A stretch of DNA of 56,085 nucleotides from an uncultured Thermoproteaceae archaeon (GCA_964575955.1 CAZNTG010000010.1:1-56085); one strand, 5' to 3'; shown: positions 9,947 to 20,618, counted from the stretch's first letter. Notes: generated from the sequence alone by a model not told the origin. Made by a program: numbers and translations.

Positions 9947-10264
9947 ATGCTTACCTGTCCATATTGTGGTCTTCCTAATTGGAAGAAGACTGGTCAAATT
10001 ATGAATGATGTTAGGAGATTTCTAATTGTAAATATGTGTCAATGTGAGAATTGTCAGAAGATGTTTTATCTATGTAGGACAAGGATGTACACATTTACTA
10101 TAAAGCTCGATGATATAGATCCTGAAGAGCTTGCACAATTTTCAATTAGTGAGAACTCATCTAGACATTATGGTAGAAAGAGAAAGAGTAGAAGTTCTAC
10201 AAGTCATAATATTTCTCATAGTAAGCGTAATAGTTCTTCGAGAGAAAATGAGAAAAAGAGTTAA
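9947..10264 (+). CDS. Zinc-ribbon protein with basic Ser/Arg-rich tail
   Basis: Likely start ATG 9947 (upstream part of the ORF overlaps the sRNA); CPYC...CENC motif. Confidence 0.7.
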   Translation: MLTCPYCGLPNWKKTGQIMNDVRRFLIVNMCQCENCQKMFYLCRTRMYTFTIKLDDIDPEELAQFSISENSSRHYGRKRKSRSSTSHNISHSKRNSSSRENEKKS

Positions 10265-10291
10265 ATTTCTCTTAATACTCTACGTCTCAGA

Positions 10292-10531
10292 ATGCCTGAG
10301 CATGATATTCCACTAGCTCCAATAGACAGGATTTTACATAAAGCTGGTGCTGAACGTGTTAGTGAGGAAGCTGTTATTGTTTTAAGAGATATTCTTGAAG
10401 CAATTGCCTATGAGATAGCTACTAGAAGTGTCGAACTTGCAAAACATGCAGGAAGAAAGACGGTCACTGCAGAAGATATTAAGACTGTTATTAGAATATT
10501 GAAATGTATCTACCTATCGACCTACGTCTAA
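10292..10531 (+). CDS. Archaeal histone (HMf-type histone fold)
   Basis: [22 protein letters not shown]...[15 protein letters not shown]. Confidence 0.95.
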   Translation: MPEHDIPLAPIDRILHKAGAERVSEEAVIVLRDILEAIAYEIATRSVELAKHAGRKTVTAEDIKTVIRILKCIYLSTYV

Positions 10532-10953
10532 TATCTTCTACAGGATCTATCTATGTATGTTCTAGTGTAGTATGTTGGTTTTAGTACTTTAACGATGTAG
10601 TCAAATGCTTTATCTACATCACTCTTCTCACCACATGTATATATGTCAACTGTTGCATAGTTATAGCATGGCCATGTGTGTAGTGCTATGTGACTTTCAA
10701 TTACCAATGCTATGACGCTCACACCTTCCTTATCATTTCCAAGAAACTTCCAAGATCTAACATCTACAATATGCATATTTGCAACATTTGCTGCCTCAAT
10801 TACAAGTTTTCTCAGAAACTCTTCATCTTCTAGAAGTCTCCTATCTACACCATACAGATTACCAACTACGTGCTTACCATACACAACTATTCTACATTCT
10901 TCAACCCTCTCTCGAAGCATGGTCTCTCTAATGGTTCCCGCCCCCTCATGCAC
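10528..10953 (-). CDS. Pyruvoyl-dependent SpeD-family proenzyme, likely the crenarchaeal arginine decarboxylase paralog
   Basis: ESH cleavage site. GKHVxGNLY and [18 protein letters not shown] resemble the ArgDC rather than the AdoMetDC paralog. Start may be 10920. Confidence 0.85.
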   Translation of the reverse strand: MHEGAGTIRETMLRERVEECRIVVYGKHVVGNLYGVDRRLLEDEEFLRKLVIEAANVANMHIVDVRSWKFLGNDKEGVSVIALVIESHIALHTWPCYNYATVDIYTCGEKSDVDKAFDYIVKVLKPTYYTRTYIDRSCRRY

Positions 10954-11000
10954 GTTAAGGTGAGCCTTTTTAAATCTTGCCCCCGTAAAACTACGTATTT

Positions 11001-11465
11001 ATGAAGTTTGAAATACCCTACATCCCTACTCCCGTAGATGTTGTCGACGAGATGTTAAAACTTGCAAATGTAAAATCTGGAGATGTTGTTGTAGATCCAG
11101 GATGTGGTGATGGTAGAGTATTGTTTAGATGTGTTGAGAAGTTTAATGCTTATGGTATTGGTATTGAGAAGAATAGAGGACTTGTAGAGAAGTGTATTAG
11201 AGAGATATTTAAGAGAGGACTTGTAGGTAAGATATTGATAATCTATGGTGATCTATTCGAATTCAACTACTCTATAGCTAACGTAGTTACTCTATACCTT
11301 GGAACAGACATAAATGAGAGGTTGAGACCTAAGCTTGAGCGTGAACTTAGACCTGGAACTAGAGTTGTTAGTCATGATTTTGAAGTACCAGGATGGAAAC
11401 CTGTGAAGATAGTTAAAGTACGTAGTTGGAAGAAGGAGCATATACTCTACCTCTACATCGTCTAG
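11001..11465 (+). CDS. Protein-lysine N-methyltransferase, crenarchaeal aKMT type
   Basis: PYIPTP, DPGCGDGR, VVTLYL, LRPKLERELRPGTRVVSHDF. Confidence 0.85.
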   Translation: MKFEIPYIPTPVDVVDEMLKLANVKSGDVVVDPGCGDGRVLFRCVEKFNAYGIGIEKNRGLVEKCIREIFKRGLVGKILIIYGDLFEFNYSIANVVTLYLGTDINERLRPKLERELRPGTRVVSHDFEVPGWKPVKIVKVRSWKKEHILYLYIV

Positions 11466-11522
11466 AGTGAGATATTGAGATTATAAATTTGCAATGTATA
11501 ATATCTATAGAGTGTCTAAATT

Positions 11523-13352
11523 ATGAAAATACTGATTGTAGCTGAGAAAGATTCTGTAGCTAGAGCAATATCTAGATATCTATCATCAGGAAGAGTCAAG
11601 GTGTATAAGTATGGTAAGGCTAGAATATACGTATTTAATTGGAGTGGTAAGTATTGCTACTGTATAGGTCTTAGAGGACATATATTTGATTTTGATTTTG
11701 AGGAGAAGTATAATAATTGGCTCAGGACAAATCCTGAAATATTATTTAAAATTGAGCCAATACTCATAGTTAGACCTGAATGTCTAACATATGTTAAACT
11801 TCTAAGAAAAATTGCACAAAATGTTGATGAGGTAATTCTAGCGTTAGATTCTGATAGTGAGGGAGAGGCAATATCTTATGAAGTAATACTTAACACATAT
11901 ATAGTAAATCCAAGGTTGAGATATAGAAGAGCACTATTTTCAGCAATAACTAGAAGAGATATATTAAATTCATTCAACAATTTAACATATCCAAGACAGG
12001 AAGTTGCTAAGAAAGTATTTACAAGAATGATATTAGATTTAACACTTGGTGCAGTATTTACAAGATTACTAACTTTAGCAGTTAGAAAATATCTTGGAGA
12101 TAGAATTGGTTCAAGATTTCTAAGTTATGGACCATGTCAATCACCTGTACTTAACCTAGTTGTTCAAAGAGCTTTAGAGAGGGAGAATTTTAAACCTGAA
12201 AAATACTACACACTTCACATATATGCTAAATATGATAGTAATTTGATAAGATTTGATTGTTTAGAAAGATTTAAAGATAGAGAAGATGCATATAGATTAA
12301 AGAGAGAGATTGAAAGTTTGGAATATATAGATGTCTACAGGTCTAGATATGTTAAAGTTAGAGTATATCCACCAAAACCATTAGACACTATAGAACTTGA
12401 GAGAAGAGTTAGCAGATATTTCAATATTAGATCAAAAAAGACTCTAGATATTGCAGAAGAACTTTATAGACATGGATACATATCATATCCTAGAACTGAA
12501 ACAACAATATATCCACCAACTCTAGACTTGAGAAGTATATTAGAAGAATTGACAAATTCAGAACATGGTGATTATGCATTAGAGTTGATTAGGAAAGGTG
12601 AGTTAAAACCAACTAAAGGAGATACTTACGACGGTGCACATCCACCAATATACCCTACTAAAGGTGCAACAAGGCAAGAGATACTGTCTAAATTTAAGAA
12701 GAGAGAGTTTTGGATAATATATGACTACGTTGTTAGACACTTCTTAGCAACATTGAGTGATCCAGCACTTGTAATTAGGAGAGAGGTAGAGCTTAAGTAT
12801 GGAAAATATATATTTAAAACTGAAGGTATTGAAATAGTTTATGAAGGTTTTTGGAAAATATATCCATATGATAGATATGTAGAGAAGAAAATACCTGAAT
12901 TAAAAATTGGTCAAAGATTGAAAATAGTTAGAGTTGAAGTAAGAGAAAATATGACTAAACCACCACCATACTTATCAGAGTCTGAATTATTGAAATTAAT
13001 GAGAAAGTATGGAATTGGAACAGATGCAACAATGCAAGATCACATATTTACAAATATTATAAGAGGATATTTTAAAATATTCAAAAAGAAGTGTATACCT
13101 ACAGAACTTGGAAAAACATTAATAAAAACATTATCAAAATATAGTAGAGAAATTATAGATCCAACATTTAGATCAAGAATGGAGAAGATGCTGAACGATA
13201 TTGTTAAAGGAGTAGATCATGAATATATAATAAGAGAAATGAAAAAAGAAGCTGAAAAATACTATAAAATTCTTAAATTAAAAATTGATGAAATTGGTAA
13301 AGAACTTGCAGAAGCATTCTTAAAAACATTCCAAAAGAAATTAAGAAGATGA
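11523..13352 (+). CDS. topA: Type IA DNA topoisomerase (Topo III-like)
   Basis: TOPRIM AEK and DSDSEGE; SYGPCQSP; catalytic GYISYPRTET; GIGTDAT. Confidence 0.95.
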   Translation: MKILIVAEKDSVARAISRYLSSGRVKVYKYGKARIYVFNWSGKYCYCIGLRGHIFDFDFEEKYNNWLRTNPEILFKIEPILIVRPECLTYVKLLRKIAQNVDEVILALDSDSEGEAISYEVILNTYIVNPRLRYRRALFSAITRRDILNSFNNLTYPRQEVAKKVFTRMILDLTLGAVFTRLLTLAVRKYLGDRIGSRFLSYGPCQSPVLNLVVQRALERENFKPEKYYTLHIYAKYDSNLIRFDCLERFKDREDAYRLKREIESLEYIDVYRSRYVKVRVYPPKPLDTIELERRVSRYFNIRSKKTLDIAEELYRHGYISYPRTETTIYPPTLDLRSILEELTNSEHGDYALELIRKGELKPTKGDTYDGAHPPIYPTKGATRQEILSKFKKREFWIIYDYVVRHFLATLSDPALVIRREVELKYGKYIFKTEGIEIVYEGFWKIYPYDRYVEKKIPELKIGQRLKIVRVEVRENMTKPPPYLSESELLKLMRKYGIGTDATMQDHIFTNIIRGYFKIFKKKCIPTELGKTLIKTLSKYSREIIDPTFRSRMEKMLNDIVKGVDHEYIIREMKKEAEKYYKILKLKIDEIGKELAEAFLKTFQKKLRR

Positions 13353-14515
13353 ATAATATCATAGTTATTGGATTAGGAATTTCAGGATTATCATTTCTAA
13401 AATATTTAAAGAGAAATTCAATACATAACGTAGATGTTGTAGCATTAGAAGAAGATAGAGATGTTGGATATCCTGAACATTGTACAGGAGTTGTCTCAGA
13501 AAAGATATTGAAACTGCATTCAGAAGCATACAAGTGCATATTAGGTAAGTATAGAAGAATTGTAATTTTAAATGAAAAGTTTAGAGAATTATGTGAATTA
13601 AATTTTAGAGAAAATATATACATGATAGATAGAGCAAAGCTAGATAGAGAGATATTCTACAAAGTCTGTAATGATTTTAATATAGTTCTAAACAGCAAGG
13701 TCATAGATATCGAGAGGAATTTTAAAAAATCTATCAAGATAATTTTAAAAGATAGAACTATCTCACTAACTCAAAATGATCTAGTTGTTGTATGTGAAGG
13801 TTCTAGAAGATTTCTATATAGAAAACTTGTAGGTCATAGTGTTAGAGATAAGTATGTTATTGGTATACAATTTGATTGTAAGATTGGTGTTGACTTTAAA
13901 GATAGTGATACGATATTCATAATATATTCTCATAAATTAGCACCTGGATATTTTGTATGGATTGTACCTTGTGGAGATTTTTATAGAGTTGGTTTAGGTA
14001 GTGTTTCTGATATTAGAAGTAGGATGTTTAAAATTATGAAATTGCTTAATGTGTATAAAATTTATAAGATTTTTGGAGGTAAGATTTTACTTGGATGTAA
14101 TGTAGAGTTGTATAGTATTGATAATATTGTCTTTCTTGGTGATGCTGCATGTCAAATAAAGCCTTTAACAGGTGGTGGAAATGTTCTTTCAAGTATCTCT
14201 GCAATGTTATTATCTTACTGTGTTAAGTATTTTGAAAGTTCATTAGACTGTTCTAGAGTTTATAATTATCTATGTAATATGTTTTATGGTTGTTTAATTC
14301 GTAGATCTTCAATTATTAGAGATTTTGTATATAATGAATATGTTCAGAAGATCTTTTCTAGATTTAGTACTGTATTTAAACTATGTCTTGAATGTCCTGA
14401 TTTTGATATTCAGTATAGATATCTTGAGAGTCCTAGTGTTAGACTATCTAGTAATCTTCATAAGATCTTTCAATTCTTCAAGAAGTCTAGATCCCTCACC
14501 TTTACTAAACCATGA
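13349..14515 (+). CDS. Geranylgeranyl reductase-family FAD oxidoreductase
   Basis: [36 protein letters not shown]. Confidence 0.85.
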   Translation: MNNIIVIGLGISGLSFLKYLKRNSIHNVDVVALEEDRDVGYPEHCTGVVSEKILKLHSEAYKCILGKYRRIVILNEKFRELCELNFRENIYMIDRAKLDREIFYKVCNDFNIVLNSKVIDIERNFKKSIKIILKDRTISLTQNDLVVVCEGSRRFLYRKLVGHSVRDKYVIGIQFDCKIGVDFKDSDTIFIIYSHKLAPGYFVWIVPCGDFYRVGLGSVSDIRSRMFKIMKLLNVYKIYKIFGGKILLGCNVELYSIDNIVFLGDAACQIKPLTGGGNVLSSISAMLLSYCVKYFESSLDCSRVYNYLCNMFYGCLIRRSSIIRDFVYNEYVQKIFSRFSTVFKLCLECPDFDIQYRYLESPSVRLSSNLHKIFQFFKKSRSLTFTKP

Positions 14516-15565
14516 TGTTATTGGTTCTAGTGTCTTTATAATCTCTTCAGCTACAGCATTTTTCAGATCTAGTGGATGTATCTTGCCTTGTGTATATGCT
14601 TGTACAAGCTCTTCAAATGTCCATAATTCAATTCTTCCACCACCATACTCTCTAGGTTTCTCGATTATGAATGGTTCTTTTCTCTCTTCTCTAAATACGA
14701 ATAGATGTGCAAGTTCTATAATTGGGTTTAGATCAATCTGTCTTGGTGGACAGTATGCTTTCTGTATTTTCCTTCTAATATCATCAGGTGAGTCGTGTAG
14801 AAATATTGCTGAGTCAGGTATTGATTTACTCATCTTTAATTTACTAAGCTCTTCCTTATCTGTAGTCTGTATGTTAAGTGCAGGCATTAATCTGTGAAAT
14901 AGTGCTACAGGTTTTACCTCTTCTTCACCAAGTTTCAATTTTCTAATTTTTGACTTATTTGCAAGCTCTCTAGCAAGTACATATGCTTTTCTTTGATCAA
15001 TACCTCCATGTGCTATATGTGCACCAAGTATAAATACGTCAGATATCTGCATTAGTGGATATATTAGCCATGCCATTGGTATTGATGTACCTGCCTTTCT
15101 TCCAAGTATTGTCAAGCTATGCCTAACTTCTGAAAGTGTTGCAAATCTTGAATAGTCTAGAAGTAGATACCAATAATCATGTTCTCTCTCATATACTTCA
15201 CTAGCCATCTTAAATTCAACATTCTCAGGATTTCCTCCAAGAACTTCAATACACTTCTTTAAAGTCTCTTTAAAATATGTAACAGCAACTTTCCTAATTG
15301 TTTCTAAATCACCACCAAGCTTATTATTAAGCCATGAGTGTAGATCTGCTAATAGTATCATAGTTTTAATACCTGCTTTTTGTAGATCTACAAGTTTGCT
15401 CATACATACAATACCTGTACCAATATGTACAAATCCTGATATTTCAAAACCAATGTAATGTCTAATCTCATACCCAGTCTCAAACATGTGCCTAAGCTCT
15501 TCAACTGTTAACACTTCCTCAGTAGGATATTTCAAAACTAGTCTTAACTTATCTTCAATATCCAC
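14444..15565 (-). CDS. tyrS: Tyrosyl-tRNA synthetase
   Basis: [14 protein letters not shown] (HIGH), [18 protein letters not shown]. Confidence 0.96.
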   Translation of the reverse strand: MDIEDKLRLVLKYPTEEVLTVEELRHMFETGYEIRHYIGFEISGFVHIGTGIVCMSKLVDLQKAGIKTMILLADLHSWLNNKLGGDLETIRKVAVTYFKETLKKCIEVLGGNPENVEFKMASEVYEREHDYWYLLLDYSRFATLSEVRHSLTILGRKAGTSIPMAWLIYPLMQISDVFILGAHIAHGGIDQRKAYVLARELANKSKIRKLKLGEEEVKPVALFHRLMPALNIQTTDKEELSKLKMSKSIPDSAIFLHDSPDDIRRKIQKAYCPPRQIDLNPIIELAHLFVFREERKEPFIIEKPREYGGGRIELWTFEELVQAYTQGKIHPLDLKNAVAEEIIKTLEPITSWFSKGEGSRLLEELKDLMKITR

Positions 15566-15617
15566 ATTTATGACACGTTGAGAAGAGCTAATTAAATCTT
15601 AAGCTAGGTCATAATAT

Positions 15618-16490
15618 GTGAACACTAGATTGAAGATAGTAGATATATCTCAAAAAGATTATGTTTATAGAAAAGCAATATCTAGATCAACATTAGTTAT
15701 TGATAAAGATGCTTTTAACATAATTGAAAAGTATCTAGATGATATATATGAAATTTCTAGAAAGTTTATAAGAATATCATGGCTATACATACCACTACTA
15801 CATCCTGTACCTATAAATAATGTAGATATTAAAATAGAATTCAATAACAATATTCTAAACATCGAGGTTAGTGGAGATACAGTATATAAGACTGGTATTG
15901 AGATGGATGTACTATTTTCAAATATATGTGCTATATCATACATATACCACATATTGTGGAAGGAGAAGGTTAAGAAATATCCTCACATAGTTGAAATTAG
16001 AATTTTAGAGAAAGTTAAGAGAGGTCTAGAGAGAGGTATAGATACTCTACATAACTACTCTACTAATAATGTAAGTATTAACGTACCTTTAAGATTTGAT
16101 ACTTGTTTTAAAGTTGTTGAAAGTTCTTGTGTAGGTTTTTTAAGATTACGTAAATCTACTATTGAGAGAGTTCTTAAAGGTGATGTTGAGAAAGGTGATC
16201 CTATATCTATTTGTAAAGTTTCAAGTGTTGAATCTTGTAAGAGATTTATTGAAGTTGTTAATGATTATGTTCCTAGTGTACTTTCCTGTTTATGTAATCT
16301 AGATTTTAATGATTGTGATGTTGTTGTTAAGCTTTATGCTAAGTTTTGTAATGATTGTGATGTTGGTTGTCTTATTTTTGGTGTGTTGTGTGGTTTAGAA
16401 TCTTTTCTTGATGTTGTTAAGATGTATGAGAAAGATTTTAGTGGTAATTATCCTGACTGTTATATTCACGATGTCTCTATCTTATGTTGA
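15618..16490 (+). CDS. moaC: Tandem (two-domain) MoaC-like cyclic pyranopterin monophosphate synthase
   Basis: IVDISQK..YRKA, IPLLHP, KTGIEMD in domain 1; VEKGDP and DVVKMYEKD..GNYP in domain 2. Confidence 0.7.
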   Translation: MNTRLKIVDISQKDYVYRKAISRSTLVIDKDAFNIIEKYLDDIYEISRKFIRISWLYIPLLHPVPINNVDIKIEFNNNILNIEVSGDTVYKTGIEMDVLFSNICAISYIYHILWKEKVKKYPHIVEIRILEKVKRGLERGIDTLHNYSTNNVSINVPLRFDTCFKVVESSCVGFLRLRKSTIERVLKGDVEKGDPISICKVSSVESCKRFIEVVNDYVPSVLSCLCNLDFNDCDVVVKLYAKFCNDCDVGCLIFGVLCGLESFLDVVKMYEKDFSGNYPDCYIHDVSILC

Positions 16491-17192
16491 TATGTTTTTA
16501 AATACTAAATCTACTTCTCTACTAGCTTCTTCAACATCTTTTATAGAGTCTATAGATCTCCAATACACATCTCTCATTATGACAGCCTTCAATTTCCTCT
16601 CTTTTGCAAGTTTTGGAAATGTTGTTGTTTCAATATCACCTTTATCAGGTAGGTGTTTAAATATTTCAGGTGTGAATGCATATATTCCAGCATTTATCAA
16701 GTAGTCTAGACTTGGCTTTTCTCTAAATTCTAAAATATATCCATTCTCATCAACATGTACAATACCGTATGGACTTCTCATAGGTGTTAATGCGATAACA
16801 CCAACTAGATCACCCTTAAGCTCTTGTAGTAGGATATTTACGGGTATGTTTGTAAGTATGTCACCATTAACAACAATAAACTTCTCACAATCTTCTAAAT
16901 ATGGTTCTGCATGTTTAATAGCACCACCAGTACCTAAAGGCTCCTCTTCAACAGAGTAGTATATTCTAACACCAAGCCTAGAACCATCACCAATAACTTC
17001 GAAAATCTTCGAACGTAAATAACCAACAGCAAGAACTATATCACGAATACCAAAACTCTTCAACCACAAAATCTGCCACTCAAGTATAGACCTACCACCA
17101 ACCTCAATAAGAGGCTTAGGCTTCTCAAGAGTCAAAGGCCTAAGCCTCTTACCATAACCACCAGCAAGAATCAAAGCCTTAACCGGACACAT
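16482..17192 (-). CDS. Sugar-phosphate nucleotidyltransferase
   Basis: ILAGGYGKRLRPLT..PKPL, EPLGTGGA, NGD, FREKP. Confidence 0.92.
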   Translation of the reverse strand: MCPVKALILAGGYGKRLRPLTLEKPKPLIEVGGRSILEWQILWLKSFGIRDIVLAVGYLRSKIFEVIGDGSRLGVRIYYSVEEEPLGTGGAIKHAEPYLEDCEKFIVVNGDILTNIPVNILLQELKGDLVGVIALTPMRSPYGIVHVDENGYILEFREKPSLDYLINAGIYAFTPEIFKHLPDKGDIETTTFPKLAKERKLKAVIMRDVYWRSIDSIKDVEEASREVDLVFKNIST

Positions 17193-17210
17193 AGAAAAAC
17201 AATCAAACAC

Positions 17211-17404
17211 AGATACTTAAACAACAACCTAAAAACAAAAAACAACACCATAATACTGATCTTCGTATTACTTGTTTCTTGTGGAAATGTCTTTTTTCAG
17301 GAGAGTTGAATTGTTGCATTTTCCTAATGGTAAAACGTAAAAACACACATGCAGAAAAATAAAGACAGACAACAGGAAATAAAAAACCAAAATAAAAACC
17401 CACA
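17211..17404 (+). promoter_or_regulatory. CRISPR leader (also the divergent promoter region)
   Basis: Non-coding A-tract-rich stretch abutting repeat 1. Confidence 0.7.
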
Positions 17405-18215
17405 GAAAAATCTACAAAAGAATCGAAAGATTTCTACATCTAGAGACACGTAGTGATAATACTAACTTTCGGAAAAATCTACAAAAGAATCGAAAGTTAT
17501 TTGGACTTGAGTTTTGATCTGGATTTCACCTGTCATGAAAAATCTACAAAAGAATCGAAAGTTTTGACACCAATTTTTTGTGTCATGCGTTGTCTCATTT
17601 TTCCGCGAAAAATCTACAAAAGAATCGAAAGAAGCAGTATGTCCAAGACAAGAATGTCAATGTGTCTTGAAAAATCTAGAAAAGAATCGAAAGGTCTAGT
17701 GCTTCTTTGATCTCTACAACATTTTTATAATGAAAAATCTAGAAAAGAATCGAAAGTGACTTCTATCACAGATAGCACCTATGATAGCTAGTTCTGAAAA
17801 ATCTAGAAAAGAATCGAAAGTCAAGGTAGCCATAGCCACAACATGCAACGCATCCAACATGAAAAATCTAGAAAAGAATCGAAAGGTCTGCTGTTAACTT
17901 CTGGGACATTGTTAACATGGTATGAGAAAAATCTAGAAAAGAATCGAAAGATACATAGAAACTTCATTTCACAGTACTTTACGCAAAGGTAAGAAAAATC
18001 TAGAAAAGAATCGAAAGTTCTTAATTGTATCAAATATAATAAACTCATATTTGTTTTGAAAAATCTAGAAAAGAATCGAAAGTCTTTTTCTGACTCACTA
18101 TACTTACCAATGATTTCATCAGAAAAATCTAGAAAAGAATCGAAAGCATGTCTACCACGATCATGGCGGTGTAACCTGTAGTAGTTTTTCGAAAAATCTA
18201 GAAAAGAATCGAAAG
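17405..18215 (+). CRISPR. CRISPR array, 13 repeats of 25 bp (GAAAAATCTA[C/G]AAAAGAATCGAAAG) and 12 spacers of 37-45 bp
   Basis: Repeats start at 17405, 17472, 17537, 17607, 17669, 17732, 17796, 17861, 17926, 17993, 18058, 18122, 18191. The GAAAG 3' end gives + orientation. Confidence 0.98.
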
Positions 18216-18298
18216 ACTATGTCAATCGTAGAGTGAAATATGACATATCTAGACTCTCATGATGAAACATTATAACATCTCGCCGGTATTCGATATAT

Positions 18299-19687
18299 AT
18301 GAAGATTCTTATAGCTGCGTGGGGATGTCCCTGGTCTATTTATGATGAGAATCTTACGGAAGATAAGTTAAGGTGGATTCCTGTTACATATATCATAAGG
18401 ATAAATAATTCTAAACATGAGATGAAGACTATCGATACTATACCATTATTAGATGAAGTTTTTAATTTTGATAAAATTATAATCATTGTCCAAGATACTG
18501 TACTTGTGAAGAAAGTTTCTAATTATGATGAAGTTTGTAAAAATGTACATGATATGTATATGAATTTTATTAAAAGTTGGAATATAGCAGATGTTCATAA
18601 GGTTGACCTTATAGTATGTCCTGGTGTTGGTAATTTCGTAAATAAGGTATCTAATAGATCTGTTAGACTTTCTATAGATGGTGAAATGTATGATTTTTAT
18701 GCTGTTTTATATTTAGAGCTATCAAGGAGATTATGTAATATTCATGATTATGATGTTGATGTTCATGTAGATCTTACACATGGTATTAATTATATGCCGA
18801 CACTTCTATATAGAGCAGTTAAGGAAATTTTACAGATTATAGCATATACAAAAAATGTTAAATTACATGTATATAATTCAGAGCCATTTGCAGGTAGAGA
18901 TACACCATTAAATATTCATATTGTGGAAGAATCTGAATTAAAACCTGATATACAACCTGAAGTATTTAAAATAGAGAAGGGAAAAGCTAGAATTAAACCT
19001 CTAAAAGCATTAGATAAATCTATCGGTAGAGAATTAAGTTATAAGCTTAATACTATACTGGAAGAGATTAATGATGAATCTATAAGCTTATTTATATCAT
19101 CTATAGTAAATGGACTTCCAATGTTACTATACAATACTATACCAGAACCTTCTAAAATTGATAATGCATTAACTAGAATATACTCTATATACAGAGAGTA
19201 TACAGTCGTAGAGGGAGATAAGAATAGTATAAAGATAGTACATAGAGCATCATTTAGAAAAGATATTGAAGTTCTATCGAGAATATTAGTATTATCTAAA
19301 AGTTTGAAAGATATGGGTATATGTAGACTAGATGAAGTAACTATGAAAGATATTGAAAAGTTGGAGACATCTATATTTAGTAAGAGAGAGAAGTATATGC
19401 ATTTAATATCATGTGATAGATTTGAGATAGAGAATAGAATTAGAGAAACATTAAAAGGGGAAATATTGAGAGAGTATACTCCACTCGCAAAGATATTCAA
19501 TACACAATGTGATGAAGAATATTTCAAAAGTATTAGATTTACTAGAAACTTCCTAGCTCACTCAGGTCTTGAAAAATGTGTCACAGAGATAAAAATGGAG
19601 AACGAAGTGATAAAAATGCGGTATAATGAAAAATATAGAGAATATATAACTAAGGCAGCATTAGAAGGATTAAAAATTGTGGAATAA
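18299..19687 (+). CDS. csx1: Csx1 CARF-HEPN cOA-activated ribonuclease
   Basis: AAWGCPW start, DLTHGINYM (DxTHG) CARF motif, YNSEP, HEPN RNFLAH. Confidence 0.93.
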   Translation: MKILIAAWGCPWSIYDENLTEDKLRWIPVTYIIRINNSKHEMKTIDTIPLLDEVFNFDKIIIIVQDTVLVKKVSNYDEVCKNVHDMYMNFIKSWNIADVHKVDLIVCPGVGNFVNKVSNRSVRLSIDGEMYDFYAVLYLELSRRLCNIHDYDVDVHVDLTHGINYMPTLLYRAVKEILQIIAYTKNVKLHVYNSEPFAGRDTPLNIHIVEESELKPDIQPEVFKIEKGKARIKPLKALDKSIGRELSYKLNTILEEINDESISLFISSIVNGLPMLLYNTIPEPSKIDNALTRIYSIYREYTVVEGDKNSIKIVHRASFRKDIEVLSRILVLSKSLKDMGICRLDEVTMKDIEKLETSIFSKREKYMHLISCDRFEIENRIRETLKGEILREYTPLAKIFNTQCDEEYFKSIRFTRNFLAHSGLEKCVTEIKMENEVIKMRYNEKYREYITKAALEGLKIVE

Positions 19688-19875
19688 CGTGACAGTCATA
19701 CAGTCCTCTTAATTTAAATAAACAATACGTTAAATATAGTTGAGATTCACCATTCTGCAAGCTTTACTAACATCAACACTTCCAATATCCCCTAAGAGTC
19801 CTTATCGTATCTTAATGCTAAGATTTTTCAGAGAATTGAAAAGTTGGAATGTTCTTCTTCACAAAGTAGGAATTC

Positions 19876-19921
19876 GTGAACCAGCCGGGATTTGAACCCG
19901 GAACCACCTGCGCGCCAAGCG
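19876..19921 (-). repeat. Degenerate att copy: 3' half of tRNA-Ala(GGC)
   Basis: 42/46 identical to 22033-22078, same orientation. Confidence 0.92.
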
Positions 19922-20133
19922 ATATTAATATGAATTCAGGATATAGCGATGATTGGAATGAACATGCCTAACATACATATAGCTATCACACTTTTAAAGC
20001 ACGTCCGCTCTGCAATACCAGTCTAAGACATTTACTATAGGTAGACACATACAAACATATTTATTTATATAAACCTGGCTACGGCAAGTTTTTGCAGGAG
20101 AAATTAAGGACTTGTAAGGATCTATAGAATGCT

Positions 20134-20337
20134 CTACGCTAGTGGTATTATGTGTAGTAGGTATGCTACTATGAGTGTTATTATTGACATTGCAATTATC
20201 GTAATAGCACCAATGATTAGGTACCTCTCATCCATATGCGGATCAATAAACATATTGTAAATCTGCATTAATATATCCTTCGTCCTTCGTAGCTCTAAAA
20301 ACATGCACATTATGTATAGTTTTCCAAACACAGACAC
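20134..20337 (-). CDS. Small hypothetical membrane protein or fragment
   Basis: 67 aa with a C-terminal hydrophobic helix, inside the element. Confidence 0.35.
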   Translation of the reverse strand: MSVFGKLYIMCMFLELRRTKDILMQIYNMFIDPHMDERYLIIGAITIIAMSIITLIVAYLLHIIPLA

Positions 20338-20618
20338 TGCAGTAACAATTATTGTAATAGGAAAGCCACTGAGAAGGATAGTGCAGGTTCGACTATTTAA
20401 TCATTACACCGGTAGGACACCAAGAATATCAGAAGAAGAATAAGTACAGAAAGAAACTAAGTACATGATGAAAGATATTTCAATTATGCAAGAGTTAGGC
20501 TAAGGTTGCACAAGTTTAAGAGCAAGACTTATCTCGATGAGCAAAGTCACTGGTGCTATGACATGATAAGAGTGCTAGCAGGATGAATGTAGCTATGTCT
20601 TAAGTTCACGATTACTAG

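Noticed and set aside
14325-14897. Long antisense or alternate-frame ORFs (also 2550-3110, 19039-19527, 26620-27240 and similar)
   Set aside because: Shadows of well-supported genes, with Ser/Ile/Leu-rich antisense composition
17203-18048. ORFs 17203-17403, 17453-17710 and 17821-18048
   Set aside because: Artefacts of the CRISPR leader and repeats
17430-18190. Self-targeting spacers within the window
   Set aside because: No match noticed by eye; not exhaustive and needs a BLAST search
18259-18298. ATGATGA between the array and csx1
   Set aside because: No D box at the expected distance
19876-19921. Possible split-tRNA half
   Set aside because: Mismatches disrupt stems, CCA is lost, and an intact gene lies 2 kb away; it fits an att remnant
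20535-20586. Weak C/D-like pattern inside the integrated element
   Set aside because: All four boxes are degenerate
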